DNA of 46,441 bases from Chloroflexota bacterium (GTDB taxonomy: Bacteria; Chloroflexota; Dehalococcoidia; UBA2979), in assembly GCA_009840965.1 (NCBI GenBank), contig VXMT01000159.1, forward strand, positions 1 through 46,441, given 5' to 3'. Positions within the stretch are counted from its first letter, which is position 1. Every line of letters starts with the position of its first letter. Both the position numbers and the translations under genes were made by a program. Shown here piece by piece: positions 25,371 through 34,964 of this stretch. The notes under the pieces were generated by a model. That model searched no databases and was not told where the DNA came from. It saw only the letters and a program-made list of their open reading frames with translations.

Positions 25371-26717
25371 ATGAGCACTACCCAATCGCCGCCGCCCGAG
25401 GCCGCCCCGGCACGCCGCACCCGGGGGTTCTCCTTCCGCACCTTCGACTCGCTGAAGCAGGTCGAGTTCCGCTGGCTCTTCGCGTCCCTGTTGGGCCAGA
25501 TGGCCGCGATCCAGATGCAGATCCTGATGCGCAGCTACGTGGTGTACGAGTTGACGGCGTCGTTCGCGGCGATCGGGGTCGTCGCCCTCGCGAGCGCCGT
25601 GCCGATGCTGCTGCTCTCGGTCTTCGGAGGCGTGCTGGCCGACCGCATGCCGAGGAAACAGATCCTGCAGATCGGGCATGTGCTCAACGGTGGCTTCGCC
25701 TTCCTGATTGCGACCCTGCTGCTGCTCGACGTGCTCACCGTGGAGCACCTCTTCGTGATCGCGCTGCTGCAGGGCACCGTGCTCGCGCTCACGATCTCGG
25801 CGGGCCAGGCGATCGTGCCCGAGGTGGCGGGCATGGAGCGGCTCATGAACGCCGTCTCCCTGAACGCCGCGGGCATGAGCTTCATGCGCCTCGTTGCCCC
25901 CGCCGTGGCCGCCGGGGTGATCGCGGCGGTCGGGGCGGGCTCGGCCTACCTCACGATCGGGATCTTCTACGCCATGGCGCTGCTCCTGCTCGCGCCGGTC
26001 CGCACCCGCAGGCCCGGCGCGATGCAAGGGGCGCCACCCGGCGCTCCCGCGGGCGGGCCCGGCGCGAGACAAGGCGCGCCTCCCGGCGCTCCCGCAGGCG
26101 GACCCCCCGGCGGGACCTCGGGCGGGTTCGGCGAGCTGATCGCGGGCCTGCGCTACGCCTACGAGCACAAGGTGATCTTCTGGGTCCTGGTCCTCAACTT
26201 CGTCACCGCGATCCTCGCGATGCCGTACATGGTCCAGCTCCCCGGCTACGTCGCCGACGTCTTCGAGGGCGGCCCCGGCATGCTGGCGTGGTTCGCCGCC
26301 GTGAGCGGGGCCGGCTCGCTGCTCGCCACGCTCGTCATCGCCTCGCTGCCGGAGCGGCGGCGCGGCGCGCTGCTGCTCGGCAGCTCGGCGCTGCTCGGCC
26401 TCTCGCTGGCCGTGTACGCCTCGACCTCCGTCGTCTGGCTGGGCCTGCTCTTCATGTTCGTCGTCGGCGTCTGGACGGCGGGGCGGCAGGCGCTGGCGAT
26501 GGTGATCATCCAGACGCAGGTCGAGGACACGCACCGGGGACGCGTCATGTCGATCTTCATGACGCAGATCTCGATGGTCCTGATCGGCGGGTTCATCGTC
26601 GGGCTGATGGCGGAAGCAACAGGCATCCAGACCGCGATCGGCGGCCTCGGGCTCGTGCTGGCGGTCTTCACCCTCGGCGTCGCCGTGTTCGTGCCGAGGC
26701 TGCGCCGCGTGACGTAG
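25371..26717 (+). CDS. MFS transporter (EntS/MFS_3-like), paralogous in type to 19949-21175
   Basis: ATG 25371 (the track TTG 25353 is possible). FRTFDSLKQVEFRWLF N-terminus and multiple TM segments. A Gly/Pro/Ala-rich central loop contains a tandem duplication. Confidence 0.8.
   Translation: MSTTQSPPPEAAPARRTRGFSFRTFDSLKQVEFRWLFASLLGQMAAIQMQILMRSYVVYELTASFAAIGVVALASAVPMLLLSVFGGVLADRMPRKQILQIGHVLNGGFAFLIATLLLLDVLTVEHLFVIALLQGTVLALTISAGQAIVPEVAGMERLMNAVSLNAAGMSFMRLVAPAVAAGVIAAVGAGSAYLTIGIFYAMALLLLAPVRTRRPGAMQGAPPGAPAGGPGARQGAPPGAPAGGPPGGTSGGFGELIAGLRYAYEHKVIFWVLVLNFVTAILAMPYMVQLPGYVADVFEGGPGMLAWFAAVSGAGSLLATLVIASLPERRRGALLLGSSALLGLSLAVYASTSVVWLGLLFMFVVGVWTAGRQALAMVIIQTQVEDTHRGRVMSIFMTQISMVLIGGFIVGLMAEATGIQTAIGGLGLVLAVFTLGVAVFVPRLRRVT
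26011..26100 (+). repeat. Two 45-nt tandem duplications inside the MFS gene (central loop)
   Basis: Units at 26011-26055 and 26056-26100 differ at a handful of positions. They encode (R)PGAMQGAPPGAPAGG / PGARQGAPPGAPAGG. Confidence 0.75.
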
Positions 26718-26735
26718 CGCGGCCGCCGGCCGGCC

Positions 26736-28022
26736 CTACGGCGTTGCGACCGCGCCGTCCGAGTGCAACGCCTCGATCTCCTCGGCCGACAATCCCGCCT
26801 CCCCCAGCACCTCGCGGGTGTGGCGCCCGAGCAGCGGCGAGGGCTTGGGCGAGCCCGTGGGCGAGCCGGACATCTCGACGAGCGAGCCGACGAACTGCTC
26901 CCGGCCGGCAAGCTCGTGCTCGACCTCGAGCATGATCCCGGCTTCCTGCACCCCGGGGTCGTCGGCGAGCTCCTCCGGGAGGTTGACCTTCGAGGCCGGG
27001 ACGCCGAGCCGGTCGAACTCGGCGATCCACTCGTCGGCCGTGCGGGTGCGCAGCGCCTCGGCGATCTTGCGGTGCGTGCGGTCGATCGCCGGGCGGTTCG
27101 CCGGGTCGAGGACGTCGAACTCCAGGTCCTCGGTCGGGTCGTCGTCGATGCCGAGCAGGTCGCGGATCTGCTGGCGGTTCCGGTCGCTGAGCGCGCCGAT
27201 GATGATCGCGCCGTCGCGAACGGCGTAGCCGCCGTAGTAGAGGCGCAGCTGCGGGCCGAGCAGGTCGTAGACGCCGCCGCGCTCGTTGACCACCTCGCAG
27301 TAGTCGCCGCCGCGCTCCCGCACGGCGGTGATGCGCTCCATCATCGGGTCGCGTGTGACCGCGTCGAAGATCGGGGAGCGGGCGATCTCGCGGCCCATCA
27401 TCATCATGCCCGTGGAGAGCAGCGAGCTGCGGACCAGCTGCCCCTCGCCGGTGCGCTCGCGGTGGACCAGGGCGGCGCAGACGCCCATCGCGAGGACCAC
27501 GCCGGCGGGGTAGTCGACGATGCCGGTGCACTGCACCAGCTCGGGGCCGCCCAGCTCGTCGCACTTGACCTCGGCGGCCATCAGCCCGCTGTAGGCCTGC
27601 GCGACGATGTCGGAGCCGGCGCGGCTGGCGTTGCGGCCGTGGCCGCCGAAGCCCGTGTTCTCCGCCCAGATCAGGTCCTCGCGGTAGCGCCGCAGCGAGT
27701 CGTAGTCGATGCCAAGGCGCTCCGCGGCGCCGTACCCCATGTTCGAGACGACGACGTCGAAGGTCGGAACGAGTTGCGCCATCAGGCGCTCCGCGTCCGG
27801 GTGCTTCAGGTCGATGGCGATGCTGCGCTTGCCTCGATTGAGGGCGTGGAACGTCTTGTTCTCGCCCGGCAGCGCGCTGCGCCGCCGCCGCGATGGTCCA
27901 CCGTCGATCGGCTCGACCTTGACCACGTCCGCGCCGAAGTCGGCGAGCGCGACGCCACAGAAGGGTCCGGCGATGATCTGCGTGAACTCGAGCACGCGAA
28001 TGCCTTCGAGTGGTCCGCCCAT
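26736..28022 (-). CDS. Type III CoA-transferase (CaiB/BaiF family)
   Basis: 428 aa. LEGIRVLEFTQIIAGPFCGVALADFGADVVKVEP N-terminus. Strong SD AGGAGGG upstream. Confidence 0.85.
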   Translation of the reverse strand: MGGPLEGIRVLEFTQIIAGPFCGVALADFGADVVKVEPIDGGPSRRRRSALPGENKTFHALNRGKRSIAIDLKHPDAERLMAQLVPTFDVVVSNMGYGAAERLGIDYDSLRRYREDLIWAENTGFGGHGRNASRAGSDIVAQAYSGLMAAEVKCDELGGPELVQCTGIVDYPAGVVLAMGVCAALVHRERTGEGQLVRSSLLSTGMMMMGREIARSPIFDAVTRDPMMERITAVRERGGDYCEVVNERGGVYDLLGPQLRLYYGGYAVRDGAIIIGALSDRNRQQIRDLLGIDDDPTEDLEFDVLDPANRPAIDRTHRKIAEALRTRTADEWIAEFDRLGVPASKVNLPEELADDPGVQEAGIMLEVEHELAGREQFVGSLVEMSGSPTGSPKPSPLLGRHTREVLGEAGLSAEEIEALHSDGAVATP

Positions 28023-28112
28023 GATCGCCCTCCTGTCTCCTGCCGCCCGTGCCGGGGCCGGATGGTAGCAGCCAGAGGACCGGGCATGACCGCGAAGACG
28101 CGGCTGCGGAGG

Positions 28113-28991
28113 CTACGCGCCGCCGACGCCGAGCGGGCGCATCACCTCCTCCGCGAAGCGCTCGATCGCCTCGATCTTCGCCTCGACGGGCGACTCCTCG
28201 CCGGCCGGTTCCCAGGCGGGGATGCGGATACCGTCGAGGCCGGCGCGGCCCAGCTCGTCCAGCACCTCCGCGGTGGGCCACTCGCGGGGCTGGATCGTGA
28301 TCTCGAAGTCCGCCGGGTCTCGCCCGTTCTCCTCGAGGTACCCGTGCAGGCGGTCGATGACCTCGGGCACCGCGGTCGCCGAGGACCCGCCGCCAACCCA
28401 GCCGTCGGCGATGCGGGTGGCGCGCCGCAGCGCGATCTCGCTGCGGCCGCCGAGCGTGATCGGGATCGGAGCGGGCGGGACGGGCGCCATCGAGACGGCG
28501 TCGAAATCGAACCACTCGCCGTGGTGCTCCACCCAGCCGCCCGCCCAGAGGCGCCGCAGCACCTCGATCATCTCGGCCATGCGGCGGCCGCGGCCGGAGA
28601 AGGCCTGCCCGGTCTGGTCGAACTCCTCGCGGCACCAGCCCGCCCCGAGCCCGGCCACGACGCGTCCCTGGGTGAGCACGGCGGCGGTCGAGATCGACTT
28701 GGCGACGGTGAAGAGGTCGCGCGCGGGCGCGATGTAGACGGCGGTCATGCAGCGCAGCGTCGTCGTGACCGCGCCCACCGCCGAGGCGAGCGCCCAGGGG
28801 TCGGGCCAGTGCGTATCGGGGCGCCAGAACGGCACGCCGTCGGCGGTGCCGGGGTAGGCGGGGACGATCTCCTGCGGGTAGAAGAGATGGTCGGGGATCG
28901 CGAGGCCCTCGAACCCGAGCCGCTCCGACGCCTGTGCGAGCGGGAGCACCTGCTCCGTCGGCATGAAGCCAGTGAACTGCCAGAATCTCAT
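28113..28991 (-). CDS. LLM class oxidoreductase, probably F420-dependent
   Basis: 292 aa. LGFEGLAIPDHLFYP, GRVVAGLGAGW and PITLGGRS motifs. Confidence 0.8.
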   Translation of the reverse strand: MRFWQFTGFMPTEQVLPLAQASERLGFEGLAIPDHLFYPQEIVPAYPGTADGVPFWRPDTHWPDPWALASAVGAVTTTLRCMTAVYIAPARDLFTVAKSISTAAVLTQGRVVAGLGAGWCREEFDQTGQAFSGRGRRMAEMIEVLRRLWAGGWVEHHGEWFDFDAVSMAPVPPAPIPITLGGRSEIALRRATRIADGWVGGGSSATAVPEVIDRLHGYLEENGRDPADFEITIQPREWPTAEVLDELGRAGLDGIRIPAWEPAGEESPVEAKIEAIERFAEEVMRPLGVGGA

Positions 28992-29057
28992 TGCCGCCCC
29001 GCTCCCTCGACTGCACCGCGTTGCCCGCTACCATAGCCGCGAGCGGAGGGTGCCGCG

Positions 29058-30116
29058 ATGCAATTCGGCTTCTGCTACATCCCGGACTACTACCCGGACC
29101 TGCACGGCGAGTTCCGCGACTGGTACGAGCGGCTGCTCTCCGAGTGGGCCTGGGCCGACGAACTCGGCTACGACTCGGTATGGATCGCGGAGCACCGCTA
29201 TCCGGGCTACGCCTTCTCCTCGACACCGGTCGTGTTGCAGGCAATGGCCGATCGCACGAAGCAGATTCGCATCGGGACGGCCGTGGCGCTGATCACCCAG
29301 CGGCACCCGGTGCTGAGCGCCGAGCACTGGGCCGCGGTCGACGTGCTCTCCGGCGGACGGCTCAACTTCGGCATCGGCCGCGGCATCTCGGAGTACGACT
29401 TCGAGACCGTCGGCGTGCCCTCGGAGGAGTCGCGCGAGCGCTTCGAGGAGGCGTGGGAGGTGATCCGCCGGCTCTGGACCGAGGACGAGGTGGTGCACAA
29501 CGGCAAGTACTGGTCGTTCGACGTGCACACCCTGCGGCCGCGCCCGCTGCAGCAGCCGATGCCGCCGATCTACGTCTCCGCGCTGGCGTCGCCGGAGACG
29601 TACCGCTGGGCCGGGCGCAACGGCTACCACCTGCTGGTCGCGCCGTTCCTGCTCGACACCAACGAGCGGCAGCGCGGCTTCCTCGAGATCTACCGCGAGG
29701 AGCTGGCCAACGCCGGGCACGATCCCGCCGCGTTCGAGGTCCTCGGGACGTACCACCTGAGCATCGTCGAGCGGGAGAGCCAGCTCGAGGGGGCGGACCA
29801 GTACTTCTACAACTACCTCAACTTCATCCAGAACACCGGGAAGGAACGAACCGGCGTGAAGGAGGCGCTGGCCGGCGAGGCCAACCGCGCCTACCAGACC
29901 GGCGAGGGCCTGTACAAGGACGTCGAGGCGATGCGCCGTCAGCGCACCGTGATCGGCACCCCGCAGCAGTGCATCGAGCTTATGTCGGAGCTGGCCGAGG
30001 CATGCGGCATCACCGGCTGGTCGTTCGAGATCAGCTACGGCGGCATGCCCCCCGAGATGACCCGGGACCAGATGCAGCTCTTCGCCGAGGAGGTCATCCC
30101 CGTCCTGCGCCCGTAG
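29058..30116 (+). CDS. LLM class flavin-dependent oxidoreductase
   Basis: 352 aa. ADELGYDSVWIAEHRY, GRLNFGIGRG and PPIYVSA motifs. Confidence 0.8.
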   Translation: MQFGFCYIPDYYPDLHGEFRDWYERLLSEWAWADELGYDSVWIAEHRYPGYAFSSTPVVLQAMADRTKQIRIGTAVALITQRHPVLSAEHWAAVDVLSGGRLNFGIGRGISEYDFETVGVPSEESRERFEEAWEVIRRLWTEDEVVHNGKYWSFDVHTLRPRPLQQPMPPIYVSALASPETYRWAGRNGYHLLVAPFLLDTNERQRGFLEIYREELANAGHDPAAFEVLGTYHLSIVERESQLEGADQYFYNYLNFIQNTGKERTGVKEALAGEANRAYQTGEGLYKDVEAMRRQRTVIGTPQQCIELMSELAEACGITGWSFEISYGGMPPEMTRDQMQLFAEEVIPVLRP

Positions 30117-30131
30117 CCGCCGCGCGCGGCA

Positions 30132-31235
30132 TCAGGGCACGAGCATCCCTCGGGACACCGCCGTCTGGCGCTCGTTCCACTCCGCCTCGGCGAAAGCCTC
30201 GTTGACCTGGTCGAGCGGGTACTCGTTGGAGACGATGCGCTCGTAGGGCACCTTGCCCTGGTTCTTGACCAGCGTCTCCATCATCAGCGGCAGCAGGTGC
30301 GGGCGGTACATCAGCGAGCCCATGATCTTCTTGCCGCGCAGGATCGTGGAGGGGTCGAACTCCACCGTGCGGCCGCGCACGATGTCCCCGATCTCGATGA
30401 ACGTCCCGCCGTTGGTGAGGTAGCTGACGCCCTCGACCAGCAGCTCCGCCTTGCCGACGAGCTCCATCGCGATGTTGGCGCCGCGCCCGTCGGTCAGCTC
30501 GAGCACCCGGGCGAGCCGCGCCTCGGGTGTGTCGTAGTCCTCGATGTTGATCGTGTAGTCCGCGCCGAACGCCTCGGCCAGCTCCAGCCGGTCGGCGAGG
30601 CGGTCGAGGACGATCACGCGGTGCGCGCCCATGTCCTTGGCCATCGCCGTCGCGTTGAGGCCGAGGCCGCCCGCGCCCTGGATGACGATGTAGTCGCCCT
30701 CGGCGGCGCCGGCGCGCATCAGGCCCTCGGTGACGGTGCCCATCGCGCAGTTGACCCAGCCGAGGACGGAGTCCGGCAGCTCGTCGGGCACCTTGAAGAC
30801 GGGGTGGTTGGGGCGGATCCAGTAGTAGTCGGCGTAGGTGCCGGTGAAGTAGGGCCACTCGCCGGCGTCGGCGTAGGGGCTGCTGGGGCACCAGTTAGGC
30901 TCGCCGCGCATGCACTGGTAGCAGTTGCCGCAGGGCTTGATCGCCGAGTACATGACGCGGTCGCCCTCGCGCAGCGGCTGGCCATTGGAGTCCGTCGTCG
31001 TGCCCTTGCCGAGCTGGTAGACGACCCCCGTGCCCTCGTGGCCCATCACGCGGCCGCTCTCCGGGAGCGGGATGTTGACCTGGTCACCACGCCAGGTGTG
31101 CAGGTCGGAGCCGCAGATGCCGGCCTGGGTGATCTTCAGCACCAGCCCGCCGGGCTCCGGGTCCGGGCAGTCGTACTCCTCGATCACGAACGGCTTGCGG
31201 TACTCCTTGACGACGACGACGCGGCCTGTGGTCAC
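30132..31235 (-). CDS. Zinc-dependent alcohol dehydrogenase (MDR family)
   Basis: 367 aa. GICGSDLHTWRG, GHEGTGVV, structural-zinc Cys cluster CGNCYQCMRGEPNWC and Rossmann motif IQGAGGLGLNA. Confidence 0.85.
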   Translation of the reverse strand: MTTGRVVVVKEYRKPFVIEEYDCPDPEPGGLVLKITQAGICGSDLHTWRGDQVNIPLPESGRVMGHEGTGVVYQLGKGTTTDSNGQPLREGDRVMYSAIKPCGNCYQCMRGEPNWCPSSPYADAGEWPYFTGTYADYYWIRPNHPVFKVPDELPDSVLGWVNCAMGTVTEGLMRAGAAEGDYIVIQGAGGLGLNATAMAKDMGAHRVIVLDRLADRLELAEAFGADYTINIEDYDTPEARLARVLELTDGRGANIAMELVGKAELLVEGVSYLTNGGTFIEIGDIVRGRTVEFDPSTILRGKKIMGSLMYRPHLLPLMMETLVKNQGKVPYERIVSNEYPLDQVNEAFAEAEWNERQTAVSRGMLVP

Positions 31236-31257
31236 GATTCGCCCTCCTTCAGAGCGC

Positions 31258-31273
31258 GCAGCCTCGAGGCTGC
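31258..31273. promoter_or_regulatory. Perfect 16-bp palindrome between the LLM and ADH genes (operator or terminator hairpin candidate)
   Basis: GCAGCCTCGAGGCTGC lies 23 nt upstream of the ADH start codon and 50 nt downstream of the LLM stop. Confidence 0.3.
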
Positions 31274-31322
31274 CGACGCATCATAGCGAGGCAGCCCGCG
31301 GCGGGCGCGAGGGAGGCGGGGG

Positions 31323-32630
31323 CTAGCGCTCCTCGGGGACCACGCCCGCGCGGGTGATCAGGTTCTTGCTGATCGCCTGGAAGGAGTCGGGCTCCAGCTC
31401 GTCCACGTCGGCCTTCCCGGACTCGACGACCTCGCGCTTGAACGGCTCGAAGCTCGGGATCTCGTCGTCGGCGAGGGGCTGCATCCACTGCTTGCGCTCC
31501 ATGGCGGCCTCGATGTACGGGGCCAGCTCCTCCAGCCTGCGCGCCCGGCGCTGGTCCTCCGCCACGGACTTGAACTCCGGCATGACCTCCTCGGAAAAGA
31601 GGCGCAGCGAGTCGCAGATCTCTCCGTGCGTGACGCGGCCGGCCTGGGCGCCGAGCATCACCTGGTCGGCGCCGGCCTCGATCAGCAGGTGGATCGCCTC
31701 GCGCGCCTCCTCGGGCGTGCCGATGCAGCTCGGTTGCCGGCGCGTGTGCTCGGCCTCGAGGCGGTCACGCGCGTCTTCGAAGATGTTCCAGAGGTTCGTG
31801 CGGCCTGGCGTGTGGCGGCCCGCAACGTAGAAGTGCGCGACGCCGGTGCTGAAGAACAGCCGGTTCGGCAGCGCGCGCTCGAAGGCCGCGTCGCTGTCGT
31901 AGTCGAGGACGAGCGGCTCGGCGATCGCGAAGTTGGCGTTGACGAAGTGACCGATCGGGACGCACTCGGTCTTGATCGCCTCGTAGTAGTCGTCGATCCA
32001 GCCGCCGACCTCGCCGGGCGGGAGGAAGGAGAAGCAGAGCACGCCGAGGCCGAGCCGGCCGGCGAGCCTGACCGCCTCGCGGTTGGAGCAGGCCATCCAC
32101 ATCGGCGGGTGCGGCCGCTGCACGGCCTTCGGAACGATGTTGCGGCAGGGCATCGAGAAGTACTCGCCGTCGTAGCCGGGGTAGGGGTCGAGCGCGAGCA
32201 TGTTCGCGGCCTGCTCGGTGGCCTCGAGCCACATCGCGCGCTTGTGCTCGAGCGGGACGCCGTAGCCCTCGAGCTCGCTGCGCGAGGCGGTCTCGCCCGT
32301 CCCGAAGTCGACGCGGCCGCCGGAAACGAGGTCGAGCGTGGCGATCCGCTCGGCGACGCGGGCGGGGTGGTTGTAGTTGGGCGGCATCGCGACGATGCCG
32401 TGGCCGAGCCGGATGCGCTTCGTGTTGCGCGCCGCCGCCGCGAGCACGATCTCGGGTGCGGAGGAGTGCGAGTACTCCTCGAGGAAGTGGTGCTCGACCT
32501 CCCAGACGTGGTCGATGCCGAGCTCGTCGGCGAGCTCGATCTGCTCGATCGTGTTCTGGAAGAGCTGCTGCTCGCTGCCTTCCGTCCAGGGCCGCGGGTG
32601 CTGGATCTCCAGGAAGATGCCGAACTTCAT
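31323..32630 (-). CDS. LLM class flavin-dependent oxidoreductase (long form)
   Basis: 435 aa. MKFGIFLEIQHPRPW..., ADELGIDHVWEVEHHFL and GRVDFGTGE motifs. Confidence 0.8.
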   Translation of the reverse strand: MKFGIFLEIQHPRPWTEGSEQQLFQNTIEQIELADELGIDHVWEVEHHFLEEYSHSSAPEIVLAAAARNTKRIRLGHGIVAMPPNYNHPARVAERIATLDLVSGGRVDFGTGETASRSELEGYGVPLEHKRAMWLEATEQAANMLALDPYPGYDGEYFSMPCRNIVPKAVQRPHPPMWMACSNREAVRLAGRLGLGVLCFSFLPPGEVGGWIDDYYEAIKTECVPIGHFVNANFAIAEPLVLDYDSDAAFERALPNRLFFSTGVAHFYVAGRHTPGRTNLWNIFEDARDRLEAEHTRRQPSCIGTPEEAREAIHLLIEAGADQVMLGAQAGRVTHGEICDSLRLFSEEVMPEFKSVAEDQRRARRLEELAPYIEAAMERKQWMQPLADDEIPSFEPFKREVVESGKADVDELEPDSFQAISKNLITRAGVVPEER

Positions 32631-32678
32631 CGCTCGCTCCGTTCCGGTTCGCGCGCGGCGGCAAGTATACCGATGGTC

Positions 32679-33488
32679 TCAGTTAGCTTCGCCGAGGAAG
32701 TCCTCCGCGGCGTCCTGCGGCACATGGCCGAGCACCTCGGTGCTGTGGCTGTAGTCGCGGAAACGCCAGCGGTTGTTTGAGATCCCGAAGAAGATGTCGA
32801 AGCGCACCTCCTCGGGCGCCTCGATGCTGCGCACGACGAGGTCGGCGACATCGCGATGGCTGACGAAGATCGCCTGGTTCCACGGATCGCCCTCGCGGGG
32901 CCGCCCGTGCGCCGAGCAGGCGCCGATCCGCAGGCAGATGATCGAGAGGTCCGTCGTCCCCACGTACAGTCGCGCCAGATCCTCACCGAACAGCTTGGAC
33001 ACCGCGTAGAGGTTCAACGGTCTCGGCTCGTCGCTCGGGCGCAGCATGCGCCACTCCGAGGGCACGCGATCGTACTCCCCGCGCGTGATCTCGGCGTAGG
33101 GCGACACGCTCTGGTAGCCGCTCATGGTCGCGCCGCTCGACGCGAAGACGACGCGCCGCACCCCCGCCTGCAACGAGGCCTCGAAGACGTTGCGCGTGCC
33201 GGTGATGTTGTGGTGCAGGATCTCGTCCCAGGCAGCCTCCCACATCCCGCGCGGCGAGTTCACCCCGCCGTAGGCGGCGAGGTGGACGACCGTGTCCACG
33301 CCCGCGAAGGCCGGCGCGATCTCCTCGAGGACGGCGATGTCGCCGCGGAAGTCCCGCTCGGGCGGCAGGCCCTCGACGCCGCCGCGCGAGAGCGCGACGA
33401 CCTCGAAGCGCTCTTCGAGGGCGGGGCGAACCGCGCCGCCGACCGCGCCTCCGAGCCCCGTGACCAGCACGCGCCGTCGGTCCGTCAT
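32679..33488 (-). CDS. NAD-dependent epimerase/dehydratase family (extended SDR) protein
   Basis: 269 aa. VLVTGLGGAVGGAV glycine motif and YAVSKLFGE (YxxxK). Confidence 0.75.
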   Translation of the reverse strand: MTDRRRVLVTGLGGAVGGAVRPALEERFEVVALSRGGVEGLPPERDFRGDIAVLEEIAPAFAGVDTVVHLAAYGGVNSPRGMWEAAWDEILHHNITGTRNVFEASLQAGVRRVVFASSGATMSGYQSVSPYAEITRGEYDRVPSEWRMLRPSDEPRPLNLYAVSKLFGEDLARLYVGTTDLSIICLRIGACSAHGRPREGDPWNQAIFVSHRDVADLVVRSIEAPEEVRFDIFFGISNNRWRFRDYSHSTEVLGHVPQDAAEDFLGEAN

Positions 33489-33567
33489 GCTCGCTCCGTT
33501 CCCCGCGCGCCCGGGCGCACTCGTGCGATCCGCCGCGCCAGTCTAGCGACGGGCAGCCGCAGGCGCG

Positions 33568-34848
33568 TCAGCGCGAGGCGAGTTGCGCCCAGGTCGGGCG
33601 GCGGATCAGCAGCAACAGGACCGCCCCGCTGAGGGTGACGAGCGCGTAGACGGTGAAGACGAGCCGGTAGCTGCCCAGCTCGTCGAACGTCCAGCCGGCG
33701 ATGATCGGCGTGGCGAAGCCGAGCGGCATCATCATCGTCGAGGTCAGCCCGCGGATCGTGGCGAAGTAGCGGGTACCGAAGTAGTCGGCGACCAGCGTCA
33801 TGAACATCGCCACCCAGGCCGCGTGCGCGAACGGGAAGGTGAGGAAGTAGGCCGGCAGCAGCCACATCCGATCGGGCGAGAGCCAGGCGAAGATCAGCAT
33901 CCCGAGGGACTGCAGGAGGTAGGCGATCACGTACAGCCGGCGGCGTCCGATGATGTCGCCGAACCAGCCGCAGATGAAGCGCAGGGGCACCTGGAACAGC
34001 CCGTAGGCGCCGGTGATCAGGGCTGCGCCCTGCAGCGTGAAGCCGACGTTCTGGAGATGCGGCACCTGGTGCACGATCCAGCTGATCTGCGTCGCGCCGC
34101 CGATCGCCGTGGCCGCGCCGAGCAGATAGAACGCCGGCGTGCGCAGCGCCTGGGCGACCGTCATGCCGTCGCCCAGCGAGCTTGCCGCCGACGCCTCGGC
34201 GGGCGTCGCCGGCGCGGCGGCGCCGTCCGGCCGGTACCCGTACGGCTCCGGCCGGTTGCGCAACACGAAGGAGAGCGGCAGCGCGACGCCGACGATGACG
34301 ACCGCGGCAATCACCAGCGTCGAGCGCCAGCCGAACGCGCCGATCAGCACCGCCAGCGCCGGCACCATGAAGTAGCCCGCGCCCCGAGCCGAGGCGAGCA
34401 GCCCCAGCGCCTGCCCTCGCTTGCGATCGAACCAGCGCATCAGCGACGCCGAGTACGCCGTCGACGAGCCAAGGCTCTCGCCCGACCCGACCACGAGGCT
34501 CGCGAGGTAGTAGACCCAGAGCACGCGCGCCTGGGAGAAGAGCAGCAGCCCGACGCCGACGATCAGCACGCCTGCGATCGCCATCCGCCGCGCCCCGAGG
34601 CGGTCGACGAGCGCACCGGTGACGGGGGCGAGCAGCCCGTGCTCGAAGCTGCGCAGCGAGAACCCGACGGAGATCGCCGCCAGGCTCCAGCCGGTCTCCT
34701 CGCGGATCGGCTCGATGAAGACCCCGAAGCCGAACCCGACGACGCCGAAGGTGAAGAAGCTGGTGAAGGCGCCGGCGAGCGCGATGTACCAGCCGTAGAA
34801 AATCCGGCCGCGTACGAGGTCACCTGCGGGGCCCAGGGCGAGTCGCAT
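33568..34848 (-). CDS. MFS transporter
   Basis: Start taken at ATG 34848 (MRLALGPAGDLVRGRIFYGWYIALAGAF...), 426 aa, about 12 TM segments. The Arg-rich 5' extension of the track ORF is rejected. Confidence 0.8.
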   Translation of the reverse strand: MRLALGPAGDLVRGRIFYGWYIALAGAFTSFFTFGVVGFGFGVFIEPIREETGWSLAAISVGFSLRSFEHGLLAPVTGALVDRLGARRMAIAGVLIVGVGLLLFSQARVLWVYYLASLVVGSGESLGSSTAYSASLMRWFDRKRGQALGLLASARGAGYFMVPALAVLIGAFGWRSTLVIAAVVIVGVALPLSFVLRNRPEPYGYRPDGAAAPATPAEASAASSLGDGMTVAQALRTPAFYLLGAATAIGGATQISWIVHQVPHLQNVGFTLQGAALITGAYGLFQVPLRFICGWFGDIIGRRRLYVIAYLLQSLGMLIFAWLSPDRMWLLPAYFLTFPFAHAAWVAMFMTLVADYFGTRYFATIRGLTSTMMMPLGFATPIIAGWTFDELGSYRLVFTVYALVTLSGAVLLLLIRRPTWAQLASR

Positions 34849-34964
34849 CGCGTCTCCGTCCGGGCGCCAGCCCTCGCGAGGCCGGCGTCGCGCGCAGCGT
34901 AGCGCGTGGCCGCCGCGCCGCGGCGCCGATCGCGTAGCATCGCCGCGCATCCGAGGAGCAGACG

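Noticed and set aside
21648-29244. Long ORFs 21648-23048 (-), 22654-23751 (-), 22968-25352 (+), 23869-25218 (-), 25188-26534 (-), 26668-29244 (-), 26763-29036 (+)
   Set aside because: Shadow ORFs overlapping the LLM, Mo-hydroxylase, MFS, CoA-transferase and LLM genes. They have Arg/Gly/Asp-rich composition and no motifs.
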